The notes under the pieces: model-generated | Seen by the model: only the letters and a program-made list of their open reading frames with translations | Told to the model about the DNA's origin: nothing | Database searches by the model: none | Assembly (NCBI GenBank): GCA_002633005.1 | Contig: NMRA01000067.1 | Location: 729,880-789,338, forward strand | DNA from: Phoronis australis | Taxonomy: Eukaryota > Animalia > Phoronida | DNA length: 59,459 nt | Reading direction: 5' to 3' | Part shown: positions 1 through 11,000 of the stretch, piece after piece | Layout: the number at the start of each line of letters is the position of its first letter | How positions within the stretch are numbered: the stretch's first letter is position 1 | Position numbers and translations under genes: made by a program

Positions 1-195
1 GAAATCAAGGAAAATACTTGATTTTTAGATGTAAAAACAGAAAAATTTCCTGGGCGGGAGGGGGGCAAACCCCCCTCCCGACCTCCCCCCATTCGGTGCT
101 ATGCGCATCTACAATCGTGGTTCAGTTTGCGCAAATGTTTACAACCGGACAAAATGTTGGCCCCCCCCCCTTGTGATATCCTAGATCCGCCACTG
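1..195. mobile_element. Right end of hAT-like MITE (ends ...GATCCGCCACTG), same family as 41440-42310
   Basis: 81-195 is near-identical to 42197-42310; terminal CCGCCACTG with a subterminal C-run. Confidence 0.75.
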
Positions 196-199
196 TAGC

Positions 200-652
200 T
201 AGAGATCATGCTCGGTGACTAAAATAACACGTCAAGACAAGTCAACATGGCCTAGTCTCATGCACTGAATAAAAAACTGTCAGCTCCGTCTGGGGGAAGC
301 CTTGAAATCATCTACAATTTGCCCAAGAAAACATCCAAGACTAAAATACAAAGCTCAAGAAGTGTAAACTAAGAATTCGTTGTTGTGATAGATGGCGAGA
401 CAATCGCCGCTTTAATCGGGTTTCTTCACCAGGCACATTTGTTTCTGCCAAAACCCAATCTTGCAATTTTGCATCGTTTTTACATAAGCACCGATTTCGT
501 GGAAAAGTAGATGTCGTGTTTTTTTCCGCTGCTGCTCAGTGCTCGGTCCAGCTTTGATGCATGTCGTGTTTACACTACTTGCAATACTGGGAATTTATGA
601 AACGCAAATTTAGGATGAATTGTAAAATTGTGCGCTTTTTGAACCACCCTGT
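200..652 (-). mobile_element. Degenerate Tc1/mariner 5' relic
   Basis: Minus strand starts ACAGGGTGGTTCAAAAA (mariner-type TIR), followed by broken MHQSWTEH*A...IYFSTKSV, which resembles the N-terminal HTH of mariner-family transposases. Confidence 0.45.
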
Positions 653-1795
653 TTGGTGTGTACGCATTTAGGCTTGTGGGCCTACGTTGTGCCCGTAACC
701 GCATTCAGTCGCATGTCGCTACACCCAGCATTCGAGGAAAACACAAAATTTGAATTAAGACAGGCATAAATACAACAGAAAGTCACAACTTACGGAAGAC
801 ATATTTAATGGAGAACTCACTAGGTGTCGCAAGTGAAGCAACGGACCTTCCATAGAAATGCATTTAGTAAAATGGACACACAGACATTTAAACAGTCGAT
901 TGAAAACAAATAACAGCCACTTTAAAATAAACTTCAAAGTAACAAGAGCCATGAACATGAGCATTTTATAAAAATACAGACAACTGCCATCATAGACCAG
1001 TCCACCAAGATCTCGCAAGGGAGGGCTAGTCGAAGAAAAAATGAGGACTGGCCTCTATTACTCCCTAAATCGTCAGCTTTAAAAAATGGCATTTTGCCAG
1101 CGGAGTCGTCTTTTTGCTCGTGTCCGGAGGGTCCGAGTCCTAAATTTGCCAATGAACGCTCACCGGTTGGGAAGTGCGGCCCAGACGCGAAATTGCTGGC
1201 AACACCTTGAACCCCACTGATTAAACTCACGCTTGCGATTATAACCGAAGTCGCAACTTCAAACTGAAATGAATCAAGCAGACTTGGACACTAAAAATTT
1301 CAGACGCTGAGTTTGCAGCAGAAAAATGGTCATATTGGAGGACAGTCGGGTCGGTTACCAATCGGGTGAGCCAACGGCAGCGGCGTCAAAATTCCACCCA
1401 TTAATCACAACTAGGCCTACTAATCAGATTATCACATCGGAATAGAAGTCTATCAGCTGTAGGACCGACCAAGCATCTTCCCACATGTGATCAAGGCATC
1501 AGTCCATGAGTGTTAATATGAAATTTAGATAGGTAACTCGCTGTATCAAAAGACAAAAGGTTCGAGCCAAAATCATGAACTAATAATAAAGATGGCGTTG
1601 CATGCGATTTAATCAGACAAATAAACAATCGTATGGAGTATATCAACACTTTTACAATTATTCTTGATCCAAACGCTCAGACTTACGAACTGAAACAAGA
1701 AAAAAATGCCACCAGAATGCCGTTTAAAGGGTTAAGTGGACACGTTAACTTCGTAACTCCTCTTGCGATATCGAACGTCATTCATTTTAATCGCA

Positions 1796-4762
1796 TTAAC
1801 TGGTCGCATTTGTCGAATCACCAAGAAAAGGTGTCCTTGGGTTTTGAGACTGCGCTGAAGCATATGCAGGATAGAATTTTTGCCACAGGCTTCCCATATC
1901 AGCTGCACTATCAGATATATCGGAACCACTGGTCTGATTCAACTGAGCGATTTTACTGGCTTGGTCGATAATAGATGTTTGCGGCACCATGGACAGCAGA
2001 GTTTGTAAATCAGTCTTCCCCGAGTCTGAAAACAACTCCTTGCCATTGTCTAAGTTTTCCATTGAGAAAGGTCTCCCATCGTTCTTATGATTCGTGTTCA
2101 TGTGGTGTCGTAAATTTTGTCTGAAGTTACACCTGTAATCGCACAACTCGCACTTGAATTTCTTCACATCCAAATGTCGCCTTCTGTGCTTTCGTACTGT
2201 GGACGGATCAGATGCACAAAAATCACACAAGGGGCATTTATGCGGCTTAAGGTTCAAATGTATGTTAAGATGCGAGGTCAGCTGTTTCTTGGTGGTGGTC
2301 GCGTGTCCACACAAATGGCACATGTGCGCTTTGGGAAGAGGACCGTCAGGTTTCTTGCGGGCAAATTTGATGCCTTTGTGCACGATGTCTATATGCTTAG
2401 CCAAATGACTTGGTCGCTTGAATAGTGCACCGCACTGTTCACAGACTTGATCTCGGTCCTCACTGTGAGCAAATCGATGCTCGTCCAACTGAGACTGTGA
2501 CGTAAAGCCTTTGTCGCAGATTTCACAGCTGAACTTGGCTGTTATTACCCCCGGGTGGACGCTGACAAAATGTCGTTTTATGACGGACCACACACATTTG
2601 CGATGCGGCTTGAAGTTGCACAGGTAACAGGACAGAGAAGTATCTCCATTCTTGTGACAAAGTTCGTGGACACTTCTCTCATTTTCGGAAGAAAGTCGAC
2701 TGTTGCAACCCTTCAAGGAACACACCACCATTTTACGTTTAGTTTTACATGAAGTGTCTACCCTACGAGATTTCAGCACCTCTTGAGATACGGATTCATC
2801 AACACTAAGCTTTTCATCAGACTTATCACTGTCTTCATCGGATTCATTTTCGACAGTCTCATGAACCTCAACTTCATTCTCCCTCCTCAAAGCAACGCAA
2901 GTCTCTCTGTGACCTTCTAACAAGTCCAAAGAGCAGAACTGCACCTCGCATTCCTCACACACTACTGCACCCAACGCGTGCTCATTGAACTCAGATTGAG
3001 TTTCAAATTTACTATGACAAGACTTGCAGGTGAAAAGGTCAAAAGCTTCAGGATGTTCCTGACTAATGTGCTCATGCAGCAGCTCCCATAAGGTAGCCAA
3101 CTTATTTGAGTGATGTTTCTCCGCCACTTCACTGGGAACTTGATAATCACAAAGGTAACATCCTCGAACCTCTGAACTACCATCAGAGTGACATTTCTCA
3201 TGAACGGCCAAGAGTAATTCTGTGGGAAATCTCAAGCGACAGATGAAGCACATGAACGAATGTTCGTTCTCGTCAGAGTCTTTTTCAGATCTCAGCTTCC
3301 TCACCCTGTGAGAGTCTTTGTGTAAATGAATGCTACGTCTCTTCTTTAAAGGCTTTCGCAGGTCATGCTTCCCATATCTAAAACTTAAGGCAGAGGCTGC
3401 AGCTTCCATCGCCGAACGCCTACTTGACCTATCACGGAGGCTACTTCCAGAGTGAGAGCAACGATCGGAAACTTTGACTTTTGTCTTCTCCTTTGGATGT
3501 TTGCGCAAATTTCCAAAATGGTCGATGAACTTTTGCAGCTTGATACTTGAAAAGCCACATTTCTTGCACTTGTAGTTCATGCAAAATGACGTCATCTCAA
3601 TATGGCGCAACAAACTACCATTGGTAATGAGTAACTCAACACCTTCCTCGACCTCAATATTAGGTGATTTGTGGACGCTACTAGAACTAGAAGCATTTTC
3701 TTCATTTTCACAAGGATCAGGTAGTGCTGCAATAACATCTTTAATAACACTGGGCTGTTGAATGCCTAGCAAATCTTCAGTTGAACTGGTATGTTCTTGT
3801 GCATTAGATCCCCCAAAATCACTTTGCACATCCTGGTTTATTGACTCCGAACCAACAACTTGTGCCTCAAACAAATGATCGGCCTGCACAGTATTCACAA
3901 CTGGAGTTTCCTGGAAACCTCCTTCCGACTGCCTATTACTAGTCTCCAACGAATGCTGAAAAACCGCACGGAACGTTGCAGGCAATGCCGATGGCATGTT
4001 AGCTGCTACAATATCCAGAGCCTGCTCGTCGCTCAAGTTGCCCACATCGGGCTGCTTGGCCAGTTTATTCTGGCTGTCACTAACTGACTGCATGTGGTCA
4101 ATTGCTTGTTGATCACTGTTGTCACGGCACCTTGGAATAACTAGAGGGACACTGTCTGTTAAATGACTTTGAGGCAAATAATTCGGGAAACTCTGGAGAG
4201 AAGGCTGCGAAGGAGGAAGTGATGAAGCAGCAGTAGACGATTGCTGAGTAAAGTCCATGTTACTGTTGGGTGTGAAGTTCATTGGGTAGTAGTTTGTCTG
4301 AGTGACACTAGAGTTCTGATAGGGGGAGGGAGAGCTCCTAGGCTGGAGGCCTGCATACTGCGAGTACAAAAGTGAGGCTGCATCTCCGCCAGGCCCAGGA
4401 AACTGGGAAGGATAGACGATGTTCTGCCCACTCAGTCTATGTAAGTCACCACCAGGAGGCAGGTTGAGCGCAGCCTGCAAGTTGCCAGCTAGATTGGAGG
4501 GGTAGAATGATGTACTAAAGTGTGGGTATGGTCTCGGCGTCAGTCCCGATGAAGTGACTGGCTCACTAGATAGATTACGAATAGCATTGAAATCTTGACG
4601 CGTGTTGTGTTGTTCGCTTAGTTCTATAAATGTCCTGTAGAGGTCACTCTGCTCTGATATAAGGTCTTGTGAAGAAGAAGACAATCTCTGGGTGCCTTGC
4701 TGATCATTGCTGTCGAGACGACCAAGATTATGGGATTGGGCAGCTGACTTGAAGCCATCCAT
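1796..4762 (-). CDS. C2H2 zinc-finger protein, 988 aa, about 12 fingers, S/Q/P-rich N-terminus; single coding exon
   Basis: Long ORF with repeated CxxC...HxxxH motifs (e.g. FSCEICDKGFTSQSQLDEHRFAH, HKCPLCDFCASDPSTVRKHRRRH, FKCELCDYRCNFRQNLRHHMNTNH). An acceptor (tttatttttcag) ending at 4772 precedes AAAATGG at 4762, so the first 41 aa of the ORF-track entry are intronic. Confidence 0.9.
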   Translation of the reverse strand: MDGFKSAAQSHNLGRLDSNDQQGTQRLSSSSQDLISEQSDLYRTFIELSEQHNTRQDFNAIRNLSSEPVTSSGLTPRPYPHFSTSFYPSNLAGNLQAALNLPPGGDLHRLSGQNIVYPSQFPGPGGDAASLLYSQYAGLQPRSSPSPYQNSSVTQTNYYPMNFTPNSNMDFTQQSSTAASSLPPSQPSLQSFPNYLPQSHLTDSVPLVIPRCRDNSDQQAIDHMQSVSDSQNKLAKQPDVGNLSDEQALDIVAANMPSALPATFRAVFQHSLETSNRQSEGGFQETPVVNTVQADHLFEAQVVGSESINQDVQSDFGGSNAQEHTSSTEDLLGIQQPSVIKDVIAALPDPCENEENASSSSSVHKSPNIEVEEGVELLITNGSLLRHIEMTSFCMNYKCKKCGFSSIKLQKFIDHFGNLRKHPKEKTKVKVSDRCSHSGSSLRDRSSRRSAMEAAASALSFRYGKHDLRKPLKKRRSIHLHKDSHRVRKLRSEKDSDENEHSFMCFICRLRFPTELLLAVHEKCHSDGSSEVRGCYLCDYQVPSEVAEKHHSNKLATLWELLHEHISQEHPEAFDLFTCKSCHSKFETQSEFNEHALGAVVCEECEVQFCSLDLLEGHRETCVALRRENEVEVHETVENESDEDSDKSDEKLSVDESVSQEVLKSRRVDTSCKTKRKMVVCSLKGCNSRLSSENERSVHELCHKNGDTSLSCYLCNFKPHRKCVWSVIKRHFVSVHPGVITAKFSCEICDKGFTSQSQLDEHRFAHSEDRDQVCEQCGALFKRPSHLAKHIDIVHKGIKFARKKPDGPLPKAHMCHLCGHATTTKKQLTSHLNIHLNLKPHKCPLCDFCASDPSTVRKHRRRHLDVKKFKCELCDYRCNFRQNLRHHMNTNHKNDGRPFSMENLDNGKELFSDSGKTDLQTLLSMVPQTSIIDQASKIAQLNQTSGSDISDSAADMGSLWQKFYPAYASAQSQNPRTPFLGDSTNATS

Positions 4763-5699
4763 TTTCAAGGGCTGAAAAATAAAGTGCATTGAAAACTTAA
4801 AGAAACAGTACAATAGCATGCTTGTTAATAATGTGTTGTCGTTTTTATATCGATAAGTAATTTTTTTAGTCTTGCACCTGTCCAAATTCCCGTAAATGCC
4901 AATGGCTAATCATGGTCCAGAAACTGTATTCTGTATTAGTTAGACAGTACCAACGTCTTAACTGGAACCAGCAGAGATGGCGGACATCCCATAGGACTGC
5001 CATACGCTTTTCAGCAAATTATGCCTCACACTGCACGACCCAGTCTCTCAATAACTTTTTACACTCGCGACGTTGTGTGACCTGGTCTGACGAGATTAAA
5101 CTACCCAGAGGATAAAACTGAACTGGATGGAGCCATCTCAAACATGCAATATGAACTCAAGGTTTAAATTTATTATTTCCATTATTGCATGAATCTCTCC
5201 TACTTTAATAGTATATTCAATGGTTATTGTTTACAATCCAAGTATTAGTATGTACGTTAATGGAGTCGGATTGTAAACTAAAACCCAGTCAATTTTCAGC
5301 GCATCATTTGTTGTATCAAGTGTCATTCAGACTTCACACTGCCAGGTTTCCTTTCCAACAAGTAAAAACCGTGGACGACGCCGAGAAGAACGAGTTATTG
5401 ATCTATTTTAAATCAAAATACGTCATACCTAACAGTCCCCTCGCTAAATGTCGCAAGTGTAACAGTTTTTGAGAGACTGGGACGCGTTTGCGTAGGCTAC
5501 AGTGACTACAGTGTACACTCCATAGGTTACACGTCACAGAAAGGTCCAGCTTTATAAGGCTGACGATCAAGTCCCCGAATTTCAAAACACATGAAACTGA
5601 AACGTTGTCCCCACTCCCCCTCCTCTCTTTCTTTCTTTACGTGAGTGCATTTAATTTTCAACTCCTGCACTCAACCGAGTGATGTGGAGAACATTTGAC

Positions 5700-6070
5700 C
5701 TATTTACAAACGGCCCCCTGGTGCAGGGTCTCGCGTAGAAAGGGTCTAGTACTTCAGCACATTAACGGCGAATAAGGCAAGAATGATGAGAAAATCGATA
5801 CCTTTCAATTACGCAAAGTAACACACTTTCACATAATTTGATGAAAAGTTGTTTGATAGAGGTAGGACATCAAAATAAAAACGTATTTTTAAAATGTCAG
5901 CTCCCAGCATCGAGGGCAAAGATGTGCAAGGGCAGTAGGAAACTTACTTAAAAGTCACACCAGGTGGCAGCTTCTAGTGGTAGTAAGTGCAGAGGGCAAG
6001 GAGAGTTTTAAAATGCATTTTTTGTGAAGTCTCAGAAAGACAGCGGAGTTTCTGACGGCGACAGGTGATT
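5700..6070. promoter_or_regulatory. Candidate bidirectional promoter / first non-coding exons of ZNF (-) and SLC37A4 (+)
   Basis: Both ATGs are preceded by splice acceptors. Minus-strand donor GTAAGT at 5947-5942; plus-strand donor-like sites at about 5983 and 6065; CTCF-like motifs at 5711-5725 (-) and 5957-5971 (+); TCTCGCG(T)AGA at 5729-5739. Confidence 0.4.
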
Positions 6071-7232
6071 GAGCCTGTCATTAACAGTACATGTTGATTT
6101 TAATAGAAAAGCTTTTGGACTATTGTGAATGTTAAAACTGGGTGGTTATTGTCTCGAAATTACAGAGGACCAAGATGTTTTCACGACACTGTTGTGCCAG
6201 GTTATTACCTCGACTAAAGGCAAGCTTAGTATGTCCGAGTTGTTCACCAGTGTTTTATGACCACATGATATAATGAAACTTAATTCAAGCCTCGCCAATA
6301 TTAGATCAGCCTTGGGCACATAAGGCTTTTCATCACAAAGCACCAGAGACCACACTACCTTCACCTGTGAGATTCGTTTGTCTGGCTGGGGGTGCTCAAC
6401 AAAGTTCAGAGGGAAAGATAATAATTCGCAGGTTTTTAAACTAGATTATGTATCGCTTATCGAGTCACCATTGGAATTTTTTCATTCATTATTATATCAG
6501 TCACGTGATACTACATGTAGTTTGAAAGCTTCTTTTCCTGGACAGGAAATGACTCCGCAGTTTTTACCACCGATGCCTTCGTATTAGAGATGAACTAGGG
6601 TGGTTTTCAGACAGAAAAGAAAAACAAAAGTACATGTGATAATAAGCAAGTGGAAATCATTTTCGTAGTTTTTAATGAGAATATATGGGAGTCTGACTAT
6701 AAATGTTGGTTCTTTGGCATATGGGTTTAATGGGAGCTTACGGTAAAAATTCTGTTGGGATAGTGAAAAATTAACTATTTTGTTTATGGTTAGAAATGGG
6801 CAATATTGGGGCATTCCAATTTCAAGAATTGTGATCAATGACTTTCATCATGAATGATTCATCTCAATATTACACACTTCGAGGATGCTTGAAAAAGTTG
6901 TATTGACAGCTGTTTGTGAAGATTTTATGAACTGCCAAATCTATTTTCTGACTTATTGCAAATGAGTGCAGTGTGAGAAATTTGAGAAATATGATGAATG
7001 CCAAAATCGACTGTGTTCCAATCTTCGGATTCAAGAAAATTCAATTTCTGCTTGAATTTCCATGTCCAAAATATTAGAGACTGTCCGAACTGGAGATTCA
7101 GCGAAGATGTAATTGTTGTAAAACTATACAATTAAACAGATCACTTTGAAGAAGAGAGACTGTTTTCCAACATCAACTTGTGCTAAATGCTAGGTGATTG
7201 TGTGCAAGTGAAAATGGAGACTTGAGAGGTGT

Positions 7233-7343
7233 ATTCATGGGTTATGTTACAGTTACTCAATAGATGTCACTGTTGTACGCTGAGGCATTCATGTGTTGTG
7301 TTACAGTTACTCAATAGATGGCACTGTTGTCCGCTGAGGCATT
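7233..7343. repeat. Two-copy ~54-bp tandem duplication
   Basis: tgttacagttactcaatagatg(t/g)cactgttgt(a/c)cgctgaggcatt occurs twice in tandem. Confidence 0.85.
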
Positions 7344-7931
7344 GCAGTAATGATAGACCACAGAATGCAATATGGTTTGTTTTATCCATCTGCAACAGGA
7401 GAAATCAGAAAATAATCAACTTTCATGTTATTCTCTAAGAGTGTTTTGATGGCGTGCTGTTACATTAGAAATGAAATTACCTTTAACCAGGCTCAATCTC
7501 TAAACCTGCTCCCGGTTTCCTTTTTCTTATTGTATTTATGCCCTGTTTATTCTAATGACATGTTGGTGGTGTGAGGGAGCTGAAACATAAAGTTAATAAA
7601 TGTACTAAGACTGTTTGATTAATTCTTGGGTCTAATTGATGAGGGTTGCGGTTGTCCTGACTACCAGCACTGCTGTATATATTAAAGATGGTGCTGGTTG
7701 GCTGGCCATATCTTATTTAAAAGCCACGCCATCAGTTATTCTGAATTAGAAATATTGTTTCCACAGGTAAGTATTCAATTGTCTTGTATAGGAAATGCAT
7801 ACACAGTTACACCTACGATGATGAATACACGGATCGTTAAGTACAAACTGTATTTTTTTGCTTACAGGGCTTTGACAATGAGGTGACAGTTACTCATGGT
7901 CTAGTGATCACCGTACTCTCATTCTTTTGCT

Positions 7932-8079
7932 ATGGATACTCGGCGCCTGTACCGTCGTCAAGTTGCAATATTCGCTTGCCTCTACCTGGGCTATGCTATC
8001 TATGTACTCAACAGGAAAATGTTCTCGTATGTGATTCCTGTTGTCATGAAGGATTTGGACTTATCAAAAGGAGATCTTG
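7932..8079 (+). CDS. SLC37A4: SLC37A4 coding exon 1 (MDTRRLYRRQ...YVLNRKMFSYVIP...KGDL-G)
   Basis: 148 nt, donor G|GTATGA; probable acceptor at 7867 gives a 64-nt UTR part. Confidence 0.9.
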
Positions 8080-11000
8080 GTATGAATTGAGTTCTTGTTT
8101 ACCGGCCCTTTTATCCATCTGGCAGTATTCATGGCAGATGATCAGTTTCAGTTCGGTCCTTCCTGCGGACTCCGTACTTGTTCTTTTTCCAGGAAATGAG
8201 CGGTTTTTATTTCAACTACATAAAATGCCGCCGTGGCAACATTTTATAGTCAAAGTCAACTTCGACAGTACACCGAGGAATTGTTGATTTTCACAGTTTC
8301 TACTCAGACCACTTTAATTCTTATTCATATTGATCTCTGCATCCACATATCTCAGCACTAGGTCTTAGGACAAGTTGCTCTTCATCAGTTGAACGTTCAA
8401 TAATGGCCCATCCACTAGTATCAGGGTGATAGCTGATAAGCAACATCTCCCTTCCCATGTGTCATACAGGAAAAAGTGCCTGCATTACAAATACCCCTCC
8501 CTTCAGTTTCAACTCTAAATGAACTAATCAGTTTCCAAGATCAGATAACAACCCCTTCTGAGGTCTTTTATTAGAGCTCACAAGTCATAAGCCAATTACC
8601 TGGTCCCTTAGTCAACAGAACAGAAATGATGACATTGATTTTGGCTAATTTCAAGGGGAGACAATTCCAGCTTTTCACAGTGAATTCAATTTCTGATGTC
8701 AAGCAGGTTGTCACATTACTACTTATATTGTTTAATTTATTTCAGACAGTATTTTTTTGGCTTGAAATCATCTTAATGTGGTAATTGTCATTCCACATAA
8801 AAGGAAGTTACATCAATATTCCCAATATCAAAGGATACTGTCTTCTGTGATCTGTGCTAACCTATTGATAAACTACACAGGCCCCAGGCCTCTCATGCCT
8901 CAGTGCAGGCCAAGTCTCTGGAATATGCACAGCTGGAAAGTCATGATAATTGAACTGGGCATTAGTTGATTAGAGCAATCTGCACTATCTCTGTGTCACA
9001 CTGGTTTCAATTTGTGCTAGTTGATCACATGTCTACATGGTCACTTGTTCCTGTTGACTGTGATCAGCTGCCTACCTGAGCACAACTTTCTCGTCATAGC
9101 TGTTTTTGACTAATATCTTGATACCAGATAATTAAATTATGTAGCAAGGGAAAAGGGTCTCCTGTCAAATGATTGAAATAGGAAAATGTTTTTGTTCTTT
9201 TATGAAATCTCCCCATAACAATGGACTCCATATGGACATTCAAAATAGCCAGATGGTCAAGTTTTATAGGTGTTCGATGTGCCTAAGCTGAGTGTTACAC
9301 AACTGGCAGACTGTATGATAATCTTCATGGATTCAGGCATGGCCTGACCTCAGATAGATCTCTGAGGCTTGACCCAGGACTCAGTCCCCTCTTGCCTTGC
9401 TCACAGATGACTTAAAACATGTACATAGGTCAATTTGCCCACACAGCCTGAAAAGTAAAGGACATATGGTTCACGTTGCATTGCTTCGCTTATTTCGCAA
9501 TAATGATAATAAATGCGAAAATTGTCATTGTTTTCTATTGTCCAACTTTTGATTATCTTGATAACTTTGGCCACATGCTTTTTATTACATCTCTACTGTA
9601 CAAATGAAATTTTAATTTTGCTTGAGAAATTTTGCCAAAATGAAATTTCTCGTGTCCACCATATTGTGAACTATATGGACGGAGGAATTTCTGCATAATC
9701 GCTGTCTTTTTTTCACGCGAGTTATTTCATCTGCTCATGCTGTAGCTAAAGCCCAACAATGGCTATACACACAGCTGGAACCTTTATTTTCATAATTCCT
9801 TAGACCCCGTAGCCGAGATTGCTGAGTTTGTTGTTTTGGTCACAGGCATTGGTTTTGATCAAGAAGGCTGTGGTAGAACAGAAGGCTATATGCATGTTAT
9901 TGCTATGGCTGGTCAAAGTAAAGGTGACTCCAATTTTGATCAATCTGTAGAATTTGGGACAGCAAAAATTGAATTTTCTTCATTGTGAAATTTGAGACAA
10001 GGCCAATTTTGGTATTTATCATATTTCTCAAATTTCGGACAAAGTATTTTCACTTTACGGAGTGGGGTACTCTTGTTGCCTTTCCAGTGATTCTTGAAAT
10101 TGGGATGACCAATATTACCTATTTCTGGAAATTGGGACAAACTCTGTCCCAAATTGGAGAATTTTTGCCTGTGTGACTGTACAATTGCATTGCGTCTGTT
10201 AGTTAAACAACCCAAAATATTCCTCATTTGGCAAATCCAATGTTTTTGTTTGTTCAATGTTGAAAAGTCGCCATTTCCTGCTCTGCATCCACACAGGATA
10301 CACAGCTGGGACAAGTTAGCACTCCCATATGTTAAACCACATATTTTAGAGGGATGTGTAAATTAAATAGTTTTGCTTGCTGCACCTTTGAAATTGCTGG
10401 GTGCAGCAACCTCAGCTAACCCACATCATAATGTGCCGATTGTTTATCTTATGGTAATGAGCATGTTTATATGTTTTGTTGCAGGTCTGATAAGCAGTTC
10501 ACAAACACTGGCCTATGCAATAGCCAAGTTTGCACTGGGTGTTCTCTCTGATAAGTTCAGCTCAAGAGTTCTCTTCATTATGGGATTGGTCTTAACAGGG
10601 CTGGTCACTCTTATCACATCATGTAAGAACACACTTCTTCCTTCACTTGACTTGATTATGTTGCCTTTCTGAGAACAAAGAGTTAACTTGATCCATACTG
10701 ATGACAAAGAATTAGTCAGAAGACCTATTGTGTGAATTAAACTTCCTAGTAGGCATTTGGTACACCCAGGAGGAATGTATATATACTGTAGATATATTGT
10801 TAAAATTAGACCCTAATTTTGATTTGTTTATAATATATACATATACACATACATATTCATATGCATATGCATACACATATTCATATGCATATGCATATAC
10901 ATATACATATAAATATATGTATTTGCAGATGACAGCTTGAATATTTTTCTATAAAGCAGCTATGGAACCTCTGTTCTGTCGAGGGAAAGAGCTCTTGATT

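Noticed and set aside
4763-4885. N-terminal 41 aa of the 1029-aa ORF-track entry
   Set aside because: Non-ATG start, AT-rich, and contains a clear splice acceptor at 4772, so it is intronic
775-5480. Shared tgtcgcaagtg / CRKC-like peptide at ~824 and ~5449
   Set aside because: Only about 11 nt shared and no recognisable domain; chance or an unidentifiable relic
7883-8287. 134-aa Cys-rich ORF resembling a secreted protein
   Set aside because: It is an alternative frame of SLC37A4 exon 1 plus intron sequence
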